DNA of 64,000 nucleotides, from NCBI GenBank assembly GCA_023701265.1, contig JAMPXI010000001.1, forward strand, positions 12,890-76,889, given 5' to 3'. Within the stretch, counting starts at the first letter, position 1. Every line of letters starts with the position of its first letter. The translations under genes were made by a program, and so were the position numbers. This document shows positions 29,070 to 40,040 of this stretch, one piece after another. This stretch comes from Desulfuromonadales bacterium (lineage in GTDB: Bacteria > Desulfobacterota > Desulfuromonadia > Desulfuromonadales > BM103). The notes beneath the pieces are model-generated. The model was not told where the DNA came from. It ran no database searches and was given only the letters and a program-made list of their open reading frames with translations.

Positions 29070-29231
29070 TTATGCCGACTCCCCGGTCTCAGCTTCGTCG
29101 GCCACGGCCACACACGGCTCCATCGTCTCGAGACAGAGCCCGCGCAACAGGTCATAGGAAAGGCAAAGCCCTGCGCTGACCTTTTTCTGAGGACGCTGAC
29201 ATTTGCTGACGTCGATACATTGCAGGTTCAT
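29070..29231 (-). CDS. hypothetical small Cys-rich protein (53 aa)
   Basis: An internal ATG of track ORF 29070..29297 is preceded by a near-perfect SD, GGGGAGGTGG, at a 3-nt spacing. The product is MNLQCIDVSKCQRPQKKVSAGLCLSYDLLRGLCLETMEPCVAVADEAETGESA. I recognise no homology. Confidence 0.3.
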   Translation of the reverse strand: MNLQCIDVSKCQRPQKKVSAGLCLSYDLLRGLCLETMEPCVAVADEAETGESA

Positions 29232-29341
29232 GGACCACCTCCCCGACCGGAGCTTGTTGACAGGCCTGCAATGACAAATGAGCAAGGGCTGTGCCATAAA
29301 GTTGTGCTAAAATATCCGCCAGGATTGGTGGAGGTATCGAT

Positions 29342-29779
29342 ATGTATCGCTTATGGCTGATATTGTTGCTGATCGGCACCGTTGGATGCGCTGCAACGCC
29401 CTGGGATTGGCAGGATGTCAGAACCCCTCCCCGCGCAAGCTCTGAAGCCGACCTGGCCGCCTGCCGCAGCTATGCCTCTGCCCAATACTCGCCCGGCATC
29501 CCTGCCGGCGACCCTTATCTGAAAGATCACCCTTTGCCTGAACCCCTCGACCAGGAGATGGCGGACATCGATCCGGGTACCGGCATATGGCACCCCGATC
29601 GCGAACCGTTTCCCTACACCAACCGGAGCCGGGAGTCGATCCATGGCGTGGTTGTCCCTTACACCGGCTACCCGGGCGAACTCGACTATCACCCGGACTA
29701 TCTCGATGCCCTGGTCGAGAAATGCATGGCCGATCGGGGATGGGCGTTCCGCCCGGTTGAATATGACCCCAATAAATAA
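29342..29779 (+). CDS. hypothetical lipoprotein
   Basis: 145-aa ORF with SD GGTGGAGG, lipobox LIGTVGC, and an upstream extended -10 (TGcTAAAAT, 29305-29313). I recognise no domain. Confidence 0.6.
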   Translation: MYRLWLILLLIGTVGCAATPWDWQDVRTPPRASSEADLAACRSYASAQYSPGIPAGDPYLKDHPLPEPLDQEMADIDPGTGIWHPDREPFPYTNRSRESIHGVVVPYTGYPGELDYHPDYLDALVEKCMADRGWAFRPVEYDPNK

Positions 29780-29799
29780 GGCGTCCTTGCGGACGCCTT
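29778..29799. terminator. bidirectional hairpin terminator (lipoprotein gene / hom)
   Basis: AAGGCGTCC-TTGC-GGACGCCTT is a 9-bp stem flanked by an A-rich run on the left and a T-rich run on the right. Confidence 0.6.
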
Positions 29800-29824
29800 T
29801 CATCATCAGACTTCACCCTCTCCC

Positions 29825-31141
29825 CTACTCCAGTCCCTCTTCGATCCGGACAAACAGGCTCTTGTCGCGGATGGCATCGAGTTGGTCGATCTCGGCCAGC
29901 GCCGCACGCACATCACGTTCGACGGCTTCATGGGTCATCAACACGATCGGCACGGCATCCGCGGCGTGGCGAAGCGGCTGGATCATCGATTCGATGCTGA
30001 TCCGATATTTGCCCAGAACCCCGGCGATCTGAGCCAGTACCCCCGGCTGATCCTTGGCAAAAACCCGCAGGTAATAGGAGCTGACCAGCTCTTCCATCGG
30101 CTTGACGGCAAGATGCTCGACCGATGCCTGCGGACACCCCATGGCCGGCGTGCGGGTGCTGATTCCCGCGCGCAGGTTGCGCGTGATCGCCATGACATCG
30201 CCCATGACGGCACTGGCGGTGGCATCCATCCCGGCGCCGTAGCCGTAAAGCATCACCGGGCCGACAAAATCACCCATCAGGCGGACACCATTGAACACCC
30301 CGTCGACATTGGCGAGCGGATGATCAAGGGGGAGCATGGTCGGATGAACCCGGACCTCGATTTCGCCGTTGACCCGTTTGCCGATCGCCAGCAGTTTAAA
30401 TTTGTAGCCGAATTCACGGGCATACTGGATATCGAGGGCGGTAATCCGGGTAATGCCTTCCGTATAGATCGACTTGAAATCCACCCGCGTGCCGAAACAG
30501 AGGCTGGACAAGAGAGAGAGTTTGTGCGCCGTGTCGATCCCCTCGACATCGAAAGTCGGATCGGCCTCGGCATATCCCCTGGTCTGGGCATCGGCCAGGA
30601 CCTTGGCAAAGTCCTCGCCCTCATCGGTCATCCTGGTCAGGATGTAGTTGCAGGTGCCGTTCAGAATGCCGAACACGCTCTGGAAGTTGTTGACGCCCAG
30701 ATTTTCCTTGATGGCGCTGATGATCGGGATGCCGCCACCGACGGAGGCCTCATACATCACATCGACCCCTGCCTGCTCGGCCGCCTTGAAAATCTCTTCG
30801 CCGTGCAGGGCCAGCAGCGCCTTGTTGGCAGTGACCACATGCTTGCCGTTGGCAATTGCCCGCAGCACGAAGGTGCGGGCCGGTTCATAACCGCCGATCA
30901 GCTCGATGACAATATCGATCGCGGGATCATCGAGGATGGCGGCAACATCCGTGGTAAGCAGGGTCCGGTCGACCTGGATCGATCGCGGCGTAACGATATC
31001 GAGATCGGCGATGCGAACCAGTTCCACCGGCTTGCCCAGACGCCGCGCCAGCAGCTCGCCGTTCTTCTGGAATGCCTTGATCACACCACAACCGACGGTG
31101 CCAAAACCAAGCAGACCAACCTTGACAGGTTTCATACGCAA
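29825..31141 (-). CDS. hom: homoserine dehydrogenase
   Basis: 438-aa ORF with NAD fold VGLLGFGTVGCGV, a central catalytic domain, and a C-terminal ACT domain (YYLRVFAKDQPGVLAQIAGVLG). Confidence 0.93.
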   Translation of the reverse strand: MRMKPVKVGLLGFGTVGCGVIKAFQKNGELLARRLGKPVELVRIADLDIVTPRSIQVDRTLLTTDVAAILDDPAIDIVIELIGGYEPARTFVLRAIANGKHVVTANKALLALHGEEIFKAAEQAGVDVMYEASVGGGIPIISAIKENLGVNNFQSVFGILNGTCNYILTRMTDEGEDFAKVLADAQTRGYAEADPTFDVEGIDTAHKLSLLSSLCFGTRVDFKSIYTEGITRITALDIQYAREFGYKFKLLAIGKRVNGEIEVRVHPTMLPLDHPLANVDGVFNGVRLMGDFVGPVMLYGYGAGMDATASAVMGDVMAITRNLRAGISTRTPAMGCPQASVEHLAVKPMEELVSSYYLRVFAKDQPGVLAQIAGVLGKYRISIESMIQPLRHAADAVPIVLMTHEAVERDVRAALAEIDQLDAIRDKSLFVRIEEGLE

Positions 31142-31173
31142 TCCTCACTTCAAGATAATCGGACGGCCAGGCG

Positions 31174-31629
31174 TCAACAAAAACGTGATACGCGGGAAAG
31201 TCGGCAGACCGCGGGACGGCTTGAGCCGATGAGGGCTTCGCGGACAATTCTCTCCACTTCCGGGGCATCCACGCCATCAACCGGAGGAAGACACAAAGCC
31301 AGTTCGGAGATGTCGGCCTTCGCCGCCATTTTCAGCAGGCGAGCGGCCATCGACAGATAATCTTCGCGCTCAAGCGATTGCCCGCGCCCGCAACCACCCA
31401 CCAAAATCCAGGGAGCGGCGAACTTGGCATTGCTTGGCAGCGCAAGCCGTTCGCCATTTCTTCCGGACAATTCCCCGGCGACCATCATGCGGCTCAGGAT
31501 GCCGTCCAGACGCCAGTCGACCACAGCCACCGGCCCGTCGAGAGTACGGCGGTCTTCGAACAACGGCACCACCAGGGCATCGCCCGGCAATCGATCGGCC
31601 GGCAGATCAACGATCTCAAGCGTCGTCAT
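31174..31629 (-). CDS. stand-alone protein resembling the N-terminal domain of M17 leucyl aminopeptidases
   Basis: Track ORF trimmed to ATG 31629, which overlaps the nusB TGA (ATGA). It encodes 151 aa. The pattern DALVVPLFED...VDWRLDGILSRMMVAGELSGRNGERLALP...WILVGGCGRG recalls the Peptidase_M17_N domain. No catalytic domain is present. Confidence 0.5.
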   Translation of the reverse strand: MTTLEIVDLPADRLPGDALVVPLFEDRRTLDGPVAVVDWRLDGILSRMMVAGELSGRNGERLALPSNAKFAAPWILVGGCGRGQSLEREDYLSMAARLLKMAAKADISELALCLPPVDGVDAPEVERIVREALIGSSRPAVCRLSRVSRFC

Positions 31630-32090
31630 AGGCGGGCATGCCGGGCAACCTGGTCGAGAATCCCGTTGATGAACGCAGGGGTTTCCTTGGTCCCGAAGCA
31701 TTTGCCGATTTCGATCGCTTCGTTGATGACGACATTGGGAGGGACATCCTGAGAACAAATCAATTCATAGGTCGCCATGCGCAGCAATGCCAGGTCGACG
31801 CGCGCCATGCGATCGAGCGACCAGTTGCTGGAATGCGCTTCGATCATCCGGTCGACCCGCTCGAGCTGCTCGGACACCCCGGCGACCAACTCCTCGGCGA
31901 AGCGCCGTGACTGGGGTGACGGCTCTTCATCCTGGCTCCCATCGAGATCAACGGGCAGATCGTGCTTGCGATGGAAATTTCGCCAGAAATCGGCAAAAAC
32001 CTCTTCCAGCGCGCCACCCTCATGATCCGGCAGGCTGTACAGTATCTTCAAAGCCAGTTCGCGCCCCTGGCGGCGGATTCCTTTGGCCAT
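31626..32090 (-). CDS. nusB: transcription antitermination factor NusB
   Basis: Track ORF trimmed to ATG 32090 (MAKGIRRQGRELALKILYSL). It follows ribH, as in many bacteria. Confidence 0.9.
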   Translation of the reverse strand: MAKGIRRQGRELALKILYSLPDHEGGALEEVFADFWRNFHRKHDLPVDLDGSQDEEPSPQSRRFAEELVAGVSEQLERVDRMIEAHSSNWSLDRMARVDLALLRMATYELICSQDVPPNVVINEAIEIGKCFGTKETPAFINGILDQVARHARL

Positions 32091-32094
32091 CCGC

Positions 32095-32559
32095 TTAGAT
32101 AACCTTATACAGGTTGGCCATCTCGATGGCCGCGACCGCCGCATCGAACCCCTTGTTGCCAGCCTTGCTACCGGCCCTCTCAATGGCTTGTTCCAGGGTG
32201 TCGGTGGTCAGCACTCCAAAGGTGACCGGGATTCCCGCCTCCATCGATACGGCGGCAATACCCTTGGTTACTTCGGCACTGACGTAATCGAAGTGGGGTG
32301 TGGCCCCACGGATGACGGCCCCAAGGCAGACCAGGGCGTCGTAGCGTCCCGATGCCGCCATCTGCTTGGCCACAGGCGGTATTTCAAAAGCACCCGGGAC
32401 CTTGATGACCGCCAGGTTCTCCTTCTCGGCGCCATGGCGCAGCAGGGCATCGATCGCCCCTTCGACCAGACGATCACCGATGAAGCTGTTGAAACGACTG
32501 ACCAGGATGCCGATTTTCAGCCCTTGGGCATCCAGGCGTCCCTCAATGATCTTAGGCAT
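32095..32559 (-). CDS. ribH: 6,7-dimethyl-8-ribityllumazine synthase
   Basis: Track ORF trimmed to ATG 32559, preceded by AAGGAGAAG. Motifs are [16 protein letters not shown] and GVLT. Confidence 0.93.
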   Translation of the reverse strand: MPKIIEGRLDAQGLKIGILVSRFNSFIGDRLVEGAIDALLRHGAEKENLAVIKVPGAFEIPPVAKQMAASGRYDALVCLGAVIRGATPHFDYVSAEVTKGIAAVSMEAGIPVTFGVLTTDTLEQAIERAGSKAGNKGFDAAVAAIEMANLYKVI

Positions 32560-32594
32560 AGGCTTCTCCTTGGCGGCGGCTCTTTCAGCCGGCC

Positions 32595-33797
32595 TCACAG
32601 ATTTTCAAAAAGGTGACCGAGCTTTTCCTGTTTGGCCTTGAGATAACGGATATTGGCCTGGGTTGCCGGCATCTGGATCGCTACGCGCTCGACGATTTCC
32701 AACCGGTAACCTTCAAGACCGATGATCTTGCGGGGGTTGTTTGTCAGCAGACGGAGCTTGCGAATACCGAGTTCGCTGAGGATCTGGGCACCGATCCCGT
32801 AATCACGCAGATCGGCCTTGAAGCCCAGTGCCTCGTTGGCCTCCACCGTGTCGTGACCTTCATCCTGCAGTGTATAGGCACGCAGCTTGTTGACCAGGCC
32901 AATGCCGCGCCCCTCCTGACGCATGTAGAGCACGACGCCGCAGCCCTCCTCGGCGATCATGCGCATGGCGGCATGCAGCTGATCACCGCAGTCACAGCGC
33001 TGGGAACCGAACACATCGCCGGTCAGGCATTCGGAATGCACCCTGACCAGCACCGGCTGCGCAGGATCGATTTTCCCCATGACCAGGGCCATATGCTGGG
33101 CCTGATCGACATCGTTTTCATAGACGATTGCCTGAAACTCACCGAAGACGGTGGGCATACGGGTGTCAGCGGCACGCCGGACCAACAGTTCGGTGCGCAT
33201 CCGGTAGGCAACCAGGTCGGCAATGGTCACGATCAGCAAACCATGACGGTCGGCAAACTGCCGCAACTGCGGCATACGCGACATCGTCCCGTCGTCGTTC
33301 ATGATTTCGCAGATGACCCCGGCCGGTTTGAGCCCGGCCAGGCGCGCCAGATCGACCGACCCCTCGGTTTGTCCGGCTCTGACCAGCACGCCACCATTGC
33401 GGGCACGCAACGGGAAGACATGACCGGGTCGCGCCAGATCGCGCGCCGTCGTGTCATCGGCGATCGCCACCTGAATGGTGTGGGCCCGATCGGCAGCGGA
33501 GATACCGGTCGTCACGCCGCGTCGCGCCTCGATCGAAACGGTGAATGCCGTACCGAACGAGGAGCTGTTTTCACGGACCATGAGCGGCAGGTCGAGCTCA
33601 TCGGCCCGCTCTTCAGACAGCGACAGGCAGATCAGGCCGCGCCCCTCGCGGGCCATGAAATTGATCGCCTCGGGAGTGACCTTCTCGGCCGCAAGGCAAA
33701 GATCACCTTCGTTTTCGCGATCCTCGTCATCGACGAGGATCACCATCCGCCCCTGACGAATCTGTTCGAGCGCTTCTTCGATACGAGCTAACGGCAT
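32595..33797 (-). CDS. ribBA: bifunctional 3,4-dihydroxy-2-butanone-4-phosphate synthase / GTP cyclohydrolase II
   Basis: 400-aa [14 protein letters not shown] is the RibB motif. [18 protein letters not shown] is the RibA zinc motif. Confidence 0.95.
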   Translation of the reverse strand: MPLARIEEALEQIRQGRMVILVDDEDRENEGDLCLAAEKVTPEAINFMAREGRGLICLSLSEERADELDLPLMVRENSSSFGTAFTVSIEARRGVTTGISAADRAHTIQVAIADDTTARDLARPGHVFPLRARNGGVLVRAGQTEGSVDLARLAGLKPAGVICEIMNDDGTMSRMPQLRQFADRHGLLIVTIADLVAYRMRTELLVRRAADTRMPTVFGEFQAIVYENDVDQAQHMALVMGKIDPAQPVLVRVHSECLTGDVFGSQRCDCGDQLHAAMRMIAEEGCGVVLYMRQEGRGIGLVNKLRAYTLQDEGHDTVEANEALGFKADLRDYGIGAQILSELGIRKLRLLTNNPRKIIGLEGYRLEIVERVAIQMPATQANIRYLKAKQEKLGHLFENL

Positions 33798-33831
33798 GGC
33801 TGCTCCGGAGTTGATAAGACTTTATAATTTC

Positions 33832-34476
33832 TCACAAAAAACCTGATTTTGCAAGCAGATCCAGAGTCACGCCGCGCGCCCGTTGATCGCCGGCACCAAG
33901 CAGTCTGGCAACGTACTTGCCGATCAGATCGGTCTCGATGTTCACCTGGCCGCCAACCTGAAGGCCGGCAAGACTGGTCTGCTCAAGAGTATGTGGAATG
34001 ATCATCACGGTGAAGCGATCATCGAGAACTTCGTTGACTGTGAGGCTGATGCCATCGACCGCCACGGATCCCTTGGCGACGATCAGGCGGCTCACTGCGG
34101 AATCGCACTGAAAGCCAAAGCACCAGGCATTCCCCTGCCGGACTCGTTCGACGATGCGGGCCTGGCCATCGACATGACCGGTCACCAGGTGGCCGCCGAG
34201 ACGATCGGAGAGCCGCAGCGCCCGTTCCAGATTGACCCGCGCACCCCGCTGCAAAGAAGCAATGGTCGTCTTTTCCAGCGTTTCGGGAGACACGTCGGCA
34301 GTGAAGCGACCGGCACCGAAAATTGTCACCGTCAGGCAGGCGCCATTGACGGCGATGCTCTCGCCCAGCCGCAATTCCGCCATCGGCAGAGCGGTGGCAA
34401 TCGTAACGCTGGCGACGCCGCCGCCGCGGCGCAACTCAGCCAGGGTGCCGAGATCTTCGATCAGTCCGGTGAACAT
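33832..34476 (-). CDS. ribE: riboflavin synthase
   Basis: 214-aa ORF starting MFTGLIEDLG, with duplicated lumazine-binding repeats (GESIAVNGACLTV and KGSVAVDGISLTV). Confidence 0.92.
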   Translation of the reverse strand: MFTGLIEDLGTLAELRRGGGVASVTIATALPMAELRLGESIAVNGACLTVTIFGAGRFTADVSPETLEKTTIASLQRGARVNLERALRLSDRLGGHLVTGHVDGQARIVERVRQGNAWCFGFQCDSAVSRLIVAKGSVAVDGISLTVNEVLDDRFTVMIIPHTLEQTSLAGLQVGGQVNIETDLIGKYVARLLGAGDQRARGVTLDLLAKSGFL

Positions 34477-35591
34477 GGCGCGATCTCCCCTTCGAGCAGT
34501 AAATCCTCATCGACCCGGCTGACCTGCAAACCGTTCAGACGCAGCGCATCGGCAAGGCGACCGACACCATCCCCCACAAACAACGGCTTGCCGTTGCTGC
34601 CTCCAAGGAGCAGCGGCGCAAGGAACAGCATGACGCGGTCGACCATTCCGGCACGCAGCAGGGCGCCATTGAGGATCCCTCCCCCTTCGACCATGAGACA
34701 CTGCAGACCACATCCCCCAAGAGCGGTCATGGCTGCAGAAAGGTCGAGATGCTCCCCGTGTCGGGGAACGGCGAGAACCTCGACCCCCTGACGGGCATAC
34801 GGCTCGTGCCGGTCGCGCCCCAGGTCGGCGGCCGTCACCAGCAAACGGCGGCCGGCAGCCTCCGCCGAGTAGACTCTGGCCGCAGGGGAAGTCCGCAGTT
34901 GGCCGTCCAGGACAATGCGCGCCGGGTTCCGCCCACCATCGGGCAGACGAACGGTCAACTGGGGGTTGTCGGTCAGAACGGTGCCGGAACCGGTCAGGAT
35001 ACCATCGACCCGATCGCGCCGGCGATGCACCAGCTCACGGCTCTTTGCCCCGGAGATCCAGCGAGATTCGCCGCTTGACGTGGCCAGTTGACCGTCAATG
35101 GTCATGGCCGCCTTGAGAATGACATAGGGACGACCAGTGATGACGTGCTTGGCAAAGGGGGCAATCAGGCGACGGCAGTCATCGACCAGCGGACCGGCCG
35201 CCACCTCGACGCCGGCCCTTTGCAGAAATTCCAGCCCCCGACCGGCAACCCGGGGATTGGGATCGACCGCCCCGAAGAAGACGCGTCGCACCCCGGCGGC
35301 AACCAGCGCTTCAGTGCAGGGTCCGGTGCGCCCTTGATGACAGCAAGGTTCGAGGGTGACGTAGAGATCGGCGCCACGGGCAAATTCACCGGCGCCACGC
35401 AGGGCATAAATTTCCGCATGCGGTTCGCCGGCCGCCGGATGCCACCCCTCGCCGACGATGACGCCGTCCCTGACCAGCACCGCACCAACCGGCGGATTCG
35501 GAGCAGTTCGCCCCTCCCCCCGGCGGGCCAACTCGATAGCCCGTGCCATGTAACGCCTGGCAGCTGCCGTTTTCTGAGGATCTGCGCTCAT
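34461..35591 (-). CDS. ribD: bifunctional diaminohydroxyphosphoribosylaminopyrimidine deaminase / 5-amino-6-(5-phosphoribosylamino)uracil reductase
   Basis: 376-aa ORF with the CDA zinc motifs HAEIYAL and LEPCCHQGRTGPC, and a C-terminal reductase domain. Confidence 0.92.
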   Translation of the reverse strand: MSADPQKTAAARRYMARAIELARRGEGRTAPNPPVGAVLVRDGVIVGEGWHPAAGEPHAEIYALRGAGEFARGADLYVTLEPCCHQGRTGPCTEALVAAGVRRVFFGAVDPNPRVAGRGLEFLQRAGVEVAAGPLVDDCRRLIAPFAKHVITGRPYVILKAAMTIDGQLATSSGESRWISGAKSRELVHRRRDRVDGILTGSGTVLTDNPQLTVRLPDGGRNPARIVLDGQLRTSPAARVYSAEAAGRRLLVTAADLGRDRHEPYARQGVEVLAVPRHGEHLDLSAAMTALGGCGLQCLMVEGGGILNGALLRAGMVDRVMLFLAPLLLGGSNGKPLFVGDGVGRLADALRLNGLQVSRVDEDLLLEGEIAPCSPD

Positions 35592-35621
35592 TTCGGGAGC
35601 GTCACAGGCAAAGTCGGCTCG

Positions 35622-36092
35622 TCACGCCTTGGCGGGACCGCGGGCGAGAATTTCCGTCAATTCCGACATAAACTCGTTGATATCGCGAAATTCACGATAT
35701 ACCGAGGCAAAACGCACATAGGCCACCTGGTCGATCTCGTGCAGCGCGGCCATGACTGCTTCGCCGATCCGGTTGGACGGAACTTCCTTTTCGCCGCCCT
35801 CCTGGAGTGACTGTTCGAGGCGATCGACAAATTGTTCGATGGCAGCGATCGACACGGGGCGCTTCTCGCAGGCCCGCTGCATGCCGGCAACAATTTTCTG
35901 GCGATCGAACGCCTCCCGGCGGCCATCCTTCTTGACCACCAGCGGCAACATCTCCTCGACCCGCTCGTAGGTGGTGAAGCGCTTGCTGCATTTCTCACAC
36001 TCACGTCGCCGGCGGATGTTGTTCCCTTCGCGGCCCAGGCGGGAATCGACAACACGGGTATCGGCATGACTGCAGAACGGACAGTTCATCAT
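35622..36092 (-). CDS. nrdR: transcriptional repressor NrdR
   Basis: 156-aa ORF with zinc ribbon MNCPFC...CEKC and an ATP-cone domain. Confidence 0.95.
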   Translation of the reverse strand: MMNCPFCSHADTRVVDSRLGREGNNIRRRRECEKCSKRFTTYERVEEMLPLVVKKDGRREAFDRQKIVAGMQRACEKRPVSIAAIEQFVDRLEQSLQEGGEKEVPSNRIGEAVMAALHEIDQVAYVRFASVYREFRDINEFMSELTEILARGPAKA

Positions 36093-36562
36093 TCACCTCC
36101 GGCAGGCAAAGGGACGAGGTTACGGAAAACTGCCACCTCGATCCTGGCTTCATGCAGCATGTCCATGGAAAGCGTGTCCGGGTAGCCGTCGAGATAGACA
36201 ACCCGGCGAATCCCGGCATTGATCAGCATTTTCGTACAGATGATACACGGCGAGTTGGTGCAGTAGAGGGTGGCGCCGGAAATATTCACGCCGTGACAGG
36301 CGGCCTGGATGATGGCATTCTGCTCGGCGTGCAGGCCGCGGCAGAGCTCATGGCGCTCGCCTGATGGAACCTTGAGCTGTTCGCGCAGGCAACCGGTTTC
36401 CGCGCAATGGGTGATCCCGCTGGGCGTGCCGTTGTAACCGGTCGCCAGGATGTTCTTCTCCTTGACCATGACCGCACCGACCTGGCGGCGCAGGCAGGTC
36501 GAGCGCCGCGCCACCAGTCGGGCGATATCCATGAAGTATTCTTCCCAGGACGGGCGTTCCAT
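36089..36562 (-). CDS. dCMP deaminase (ComEB-type)
   Basis: 157-aa ORF with the cytidine/deoxycytidylate deaminase zinc motifs HAEQNAI and PCIICTKM. It overlaps nrdR by 4 nt. Confidence 0.88.
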   Translation of the reverse strand: MERPSWEEYFMDIARLVARRSTCLRRQVGAVMVKEKNILATGYNGTPSGITHCAETGCLREQLKVPSGERHELCRGLHAEQNAIIQAACHGVNISGATLYCTNSPCIICTKMLINAGIRRVVYLDGYPDTLSMDMLHEARIEVAVFRNLVPLPAGGE

Positions 36563-36588
36563 AAAAATCCCGGCGGAGTCTCCCCGCC

Positions 36589-37839
36589 TTAGATCAACCG
36601 GTGGGCATAGAGCGGGAACTGCTGGCAGAGTTCACGCACTTCACCACGAATTTTCGCCAATTCGTCGTGATTGCCAACATTCTGCAACGCCCGATCGACC
36701 CAGGCGGCAACCTGCTTCATCTCCGCTTCCCTGAGACCACGGGTAGTGGTGGCCGGGGTGCCGATGCGGATGCCGCTGGTCACAAACGGCGAACGGGTGT
36801 CGAAGGGAACCGCATTCTTGTTGACGGTGATGCCGGCGTGCTCAAGAGTTTCTTCGGCAACCTTGCCGGTCAGCTCACTGCCGGAGAAATCGACCAGCAT
36901 CAGGTGATTGTCAGTCCCTCCGGAGACCAGCTTGTAACCCTTTTCAACCAAAGCCGCCGCAAGGGTCTTGGCATTATTGACAACCTGTTGCGCATAATCC
37001 TTGAACTCGGGCTGCAGAGCCTCCTTGAAGGCTACGGCCTTGGCCGCGATGACGTGCATCAGCGGCCCGCCCTGAATACCGGGAAAGATGTTGCTGTTAA
37101 GCGTCTTGGCAAACTCTTCCCGACAGAGGATCATGCCGCCGCGTGGTCCGCGCAGCGTCTTGTGCGTTGTGGTGGTGACGAATTCGGCATGCGGCACCGG
37201 CGACGGGTGAATCCCGGCGGCAACCAGCCCGGCGAAATGCGCCATATCGACCATGACCGGCGCCCCGACCTTGTCAGCTACCCGGCGGAACGCCTCGAAA
37301 TCGATGATCCGCGGATAGGCGCTGGCACCGACGACGATGAGCTTCGGACGGTGCTCGAGGGCCAGGCGCTCGACCTCGTCGTAATCGATCCGTCCGGTCT
37401 CGCGGTCCACCCCGTAAGGGACGATATTGAACAGTTTGCCGGAGAAGTTGACCGGCGAACCGTGGGTCAGGTGGCCGCCATGAGCCAGGTTCATGCCGAG
37501 GATGGTGTCGCCGGGTTTGCAGACGGAGAAGTAAACCGCCATGTTTGCCTGGGATCCGGAATGCGGCTGAACGTTGGCGTGATCGGCACCGAACAACGCC
37601 TTGGCGCGGTCGATCGCCAGCTGCTCGGCGACATCGACGAATTCGCAGCCGCCGTAATAGCGCTTGCCGGGATACCCTTCGGCGTATTTGTTGGTCAGGA
37701 CCGACCCTTGGGCTTCAAGGACCCTTTCACTGACGAAGTTTTCCGAGGCAATGAATTCGAGGCTGTACTCCTGGCGCTCGGTTTCGCGACGGATGGACAT
37801 GGCAATCTCAGGATCGAACTGGGCCAACTGCTGGCTCAT
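36589..37839 (-). CDS. glyA: serine hydroxymethyltransferase
   Basis: 416-aa ORF. The PLP-lysine region is [14 protein letters not shown], and [16 protein letters not shown] is present. Confidence 0.96.
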   Translation of the reverse strand: MSQQLAQFDPEIAMSIRRETERQEYSLEFIASENFVSERVLEAQGSVLTNKYAEGYPGKRYYGGCEFVDVAEQLAIDRAKALFGADHANVQPHSGSQANMAVYFSVCKPGDTILGMNLAHGGHLTHGSPVNFSGKLFNIVPYGVDRETGRIDYDEVERLALEHRPKLIVVGASAYPRIIDFEAFRRVADKVGAPVMVDMAHFAGLVAAGIHPSPVPHAEFVTTTTHKTLRGPRGGMILCREEFAKTLNSNIFPGIQGGPLMHVIAAKAVAFKEALQPEFKDYAQQVVNNAKTLAAALVEKGYKLVSGGTDNHLMLVDFSGSELTGKVAEETLEHAGITVNKNAVPFDTRSPFVTSGIRIGTPATTTRGLREAEMKQVAAWVDRALQNVGNHDELAKIRGEVRELCQQFPLYAHRLI

Positions 37840-37883
37840 GGCATGACTCCTTGATGACGTTTCTTAATTCATTTACTGGGGCG

Positions 37884-37915
37884 AAACAAAACGGGCAGAC
37901 CGCGGTCTGCCCGTT
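37884..37915 (-). terminator. intrinsic terminator between rpiB and glyA
   Basis: The minus strand reads AACGGGCAGACC-GC-GGTCTGCCCGTT followed by TTGTTTC. Confidence 0.6.
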
Positions 37916-37926
37916 ATCGGTGCCGG

Positions 37927-38382
37927 TCAGATCCGCCCGGCTTTTACATCGGCTTCAAGTTGGGCAATCTTGTCAAGCCGCCGCTGGTGCCGGCCGCCTT
38001 CATAAACGGCATCGAGCCACACGCCGACGATGCGGCAGGCCGTCATCGCCTCGAGGACGCGGCCACCCAACACGAGGACGTTGGCATTGTTGTGTTCCTT
38101 GGCCATGCGCGCCATATACTCGTCGGTAACCAGGGCGGCGCGCACGCCGGGGAACTTGTTGGCAACGATCGACATACCGATGCCGGTGCCGCAGATCAGA
38201 ATTCCCCGCTCAGCCTCGCCGCGCGAAACGGCTCCGGCCACTTTTTCGGCAAAATCAGGATAATCGACCGAATCGCCGTTATCGGTACCGAGATCGGCAA
38301 TCTCCAGGCCGCGCTGCCGCAGGGCCTCGCACAACACCGATTTGAGTTCCAAGCCGCCATGATCACTGCCAATGACAACCAT
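37927..38382 (-). CDS. rpiB: ribose-5-phosphate isomerase B
   Basis: Track ORF trimmed to ATG 38382 (MVVIGSDHGG). CGTGIGMSI is the RpiB/LacAB signature. Confidence 0.9.
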   Translation of the reverse strand: MVVIGSDHGGLELKSVLCEALRQRGLEIADLGTDNGDSVDYPDFAEKVAGAVSRGEAERGILICGTGIGMSIVANKFPGVRAALVTDEYMARMAKEHNNANVLVLGGRVLEAMTACRIVGVWLDAVYEGGRHQRRLDKIAQLEADVKAGRI

Positions 38383-38386
38383 GGTC

Positions 38387-39619
<1,233 letters not shown>

Positions 39620-39721
39620 GAGGCTAAATTCCTCCTTCCGGTTCAACCCCGCGGCTGACGCCCGGCGGCAGTCACCGGCTGATTGTGCCACAGGAGGAGT
39701 CTCCTCCCCCCGCAACAGTGC

Positions 39722-39955
39722 TTAGGAATTCTCGGTGATGTAGTCGACAGCGTCCTGAACGGTCTGGATCTTTTCGGCATCTTCGTCAGGAATTTCGATG
39801 TCGAATTCTTCCTCGAGAGCCATGACCAGTTCCACGGTATCCAGCGAATCGGCGCCAAGATCGTCCATAAAGGACGCTTCGGCAGTGACCTGGTCCTCAT
39901 CGACGCCAAGCTGCTCAGCCACAATCTGTTTCACGCGTTCTGCAATCGAAGCCAT
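39722..39955 (-). CDS. acpP: acyl carrier protein
   Basis: 77-aa ORF. The phosphopantetheine attachment motif is [20 protein letters not shown]. Confidence 0.97.
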   Translation of the reverse strand: MASIAERVKQIVAEQLGVDEDQVTAEASFMDDLGADSLDTVELVMALEEEFDIEIPDEDAEKIQTVQDAVDYITENS

Positions 39956-40040
39956 TTGAATTCCTCCTTGCGGTGTTTGACCCGATCAGCGATCGGCTCA
40001 TATGGTGATGGTTTATGCTGCTCCCACAAATGGGTTTGAG

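Noticed and set aside
29882-31360. 492-aa plus-strand ORF. Similar cases are 36601..37854 (417 aa), 32613..33791 (392 aa), 6475..7680 (401 aa), 41678..42793 (371 aa) and 59445..60374 (309 aa).
   Set aside because: All lie antisense to well-supported genes (hom, glyA, ribBA, lepA, fabH, asmA). They have the Arg/Gly/Asp-rich composition expected from the reverse frame of GC3-rich genes.
35592-35621. FMN (RFN) riboswitch controlling the rib operon
   Set aside because: The gaps before ribD (30 nt), ribE, ribBA and ribH are far too short for the roughly 140-nt RFN element. The rib genes appear to be co-transcribed with nrdR instead.
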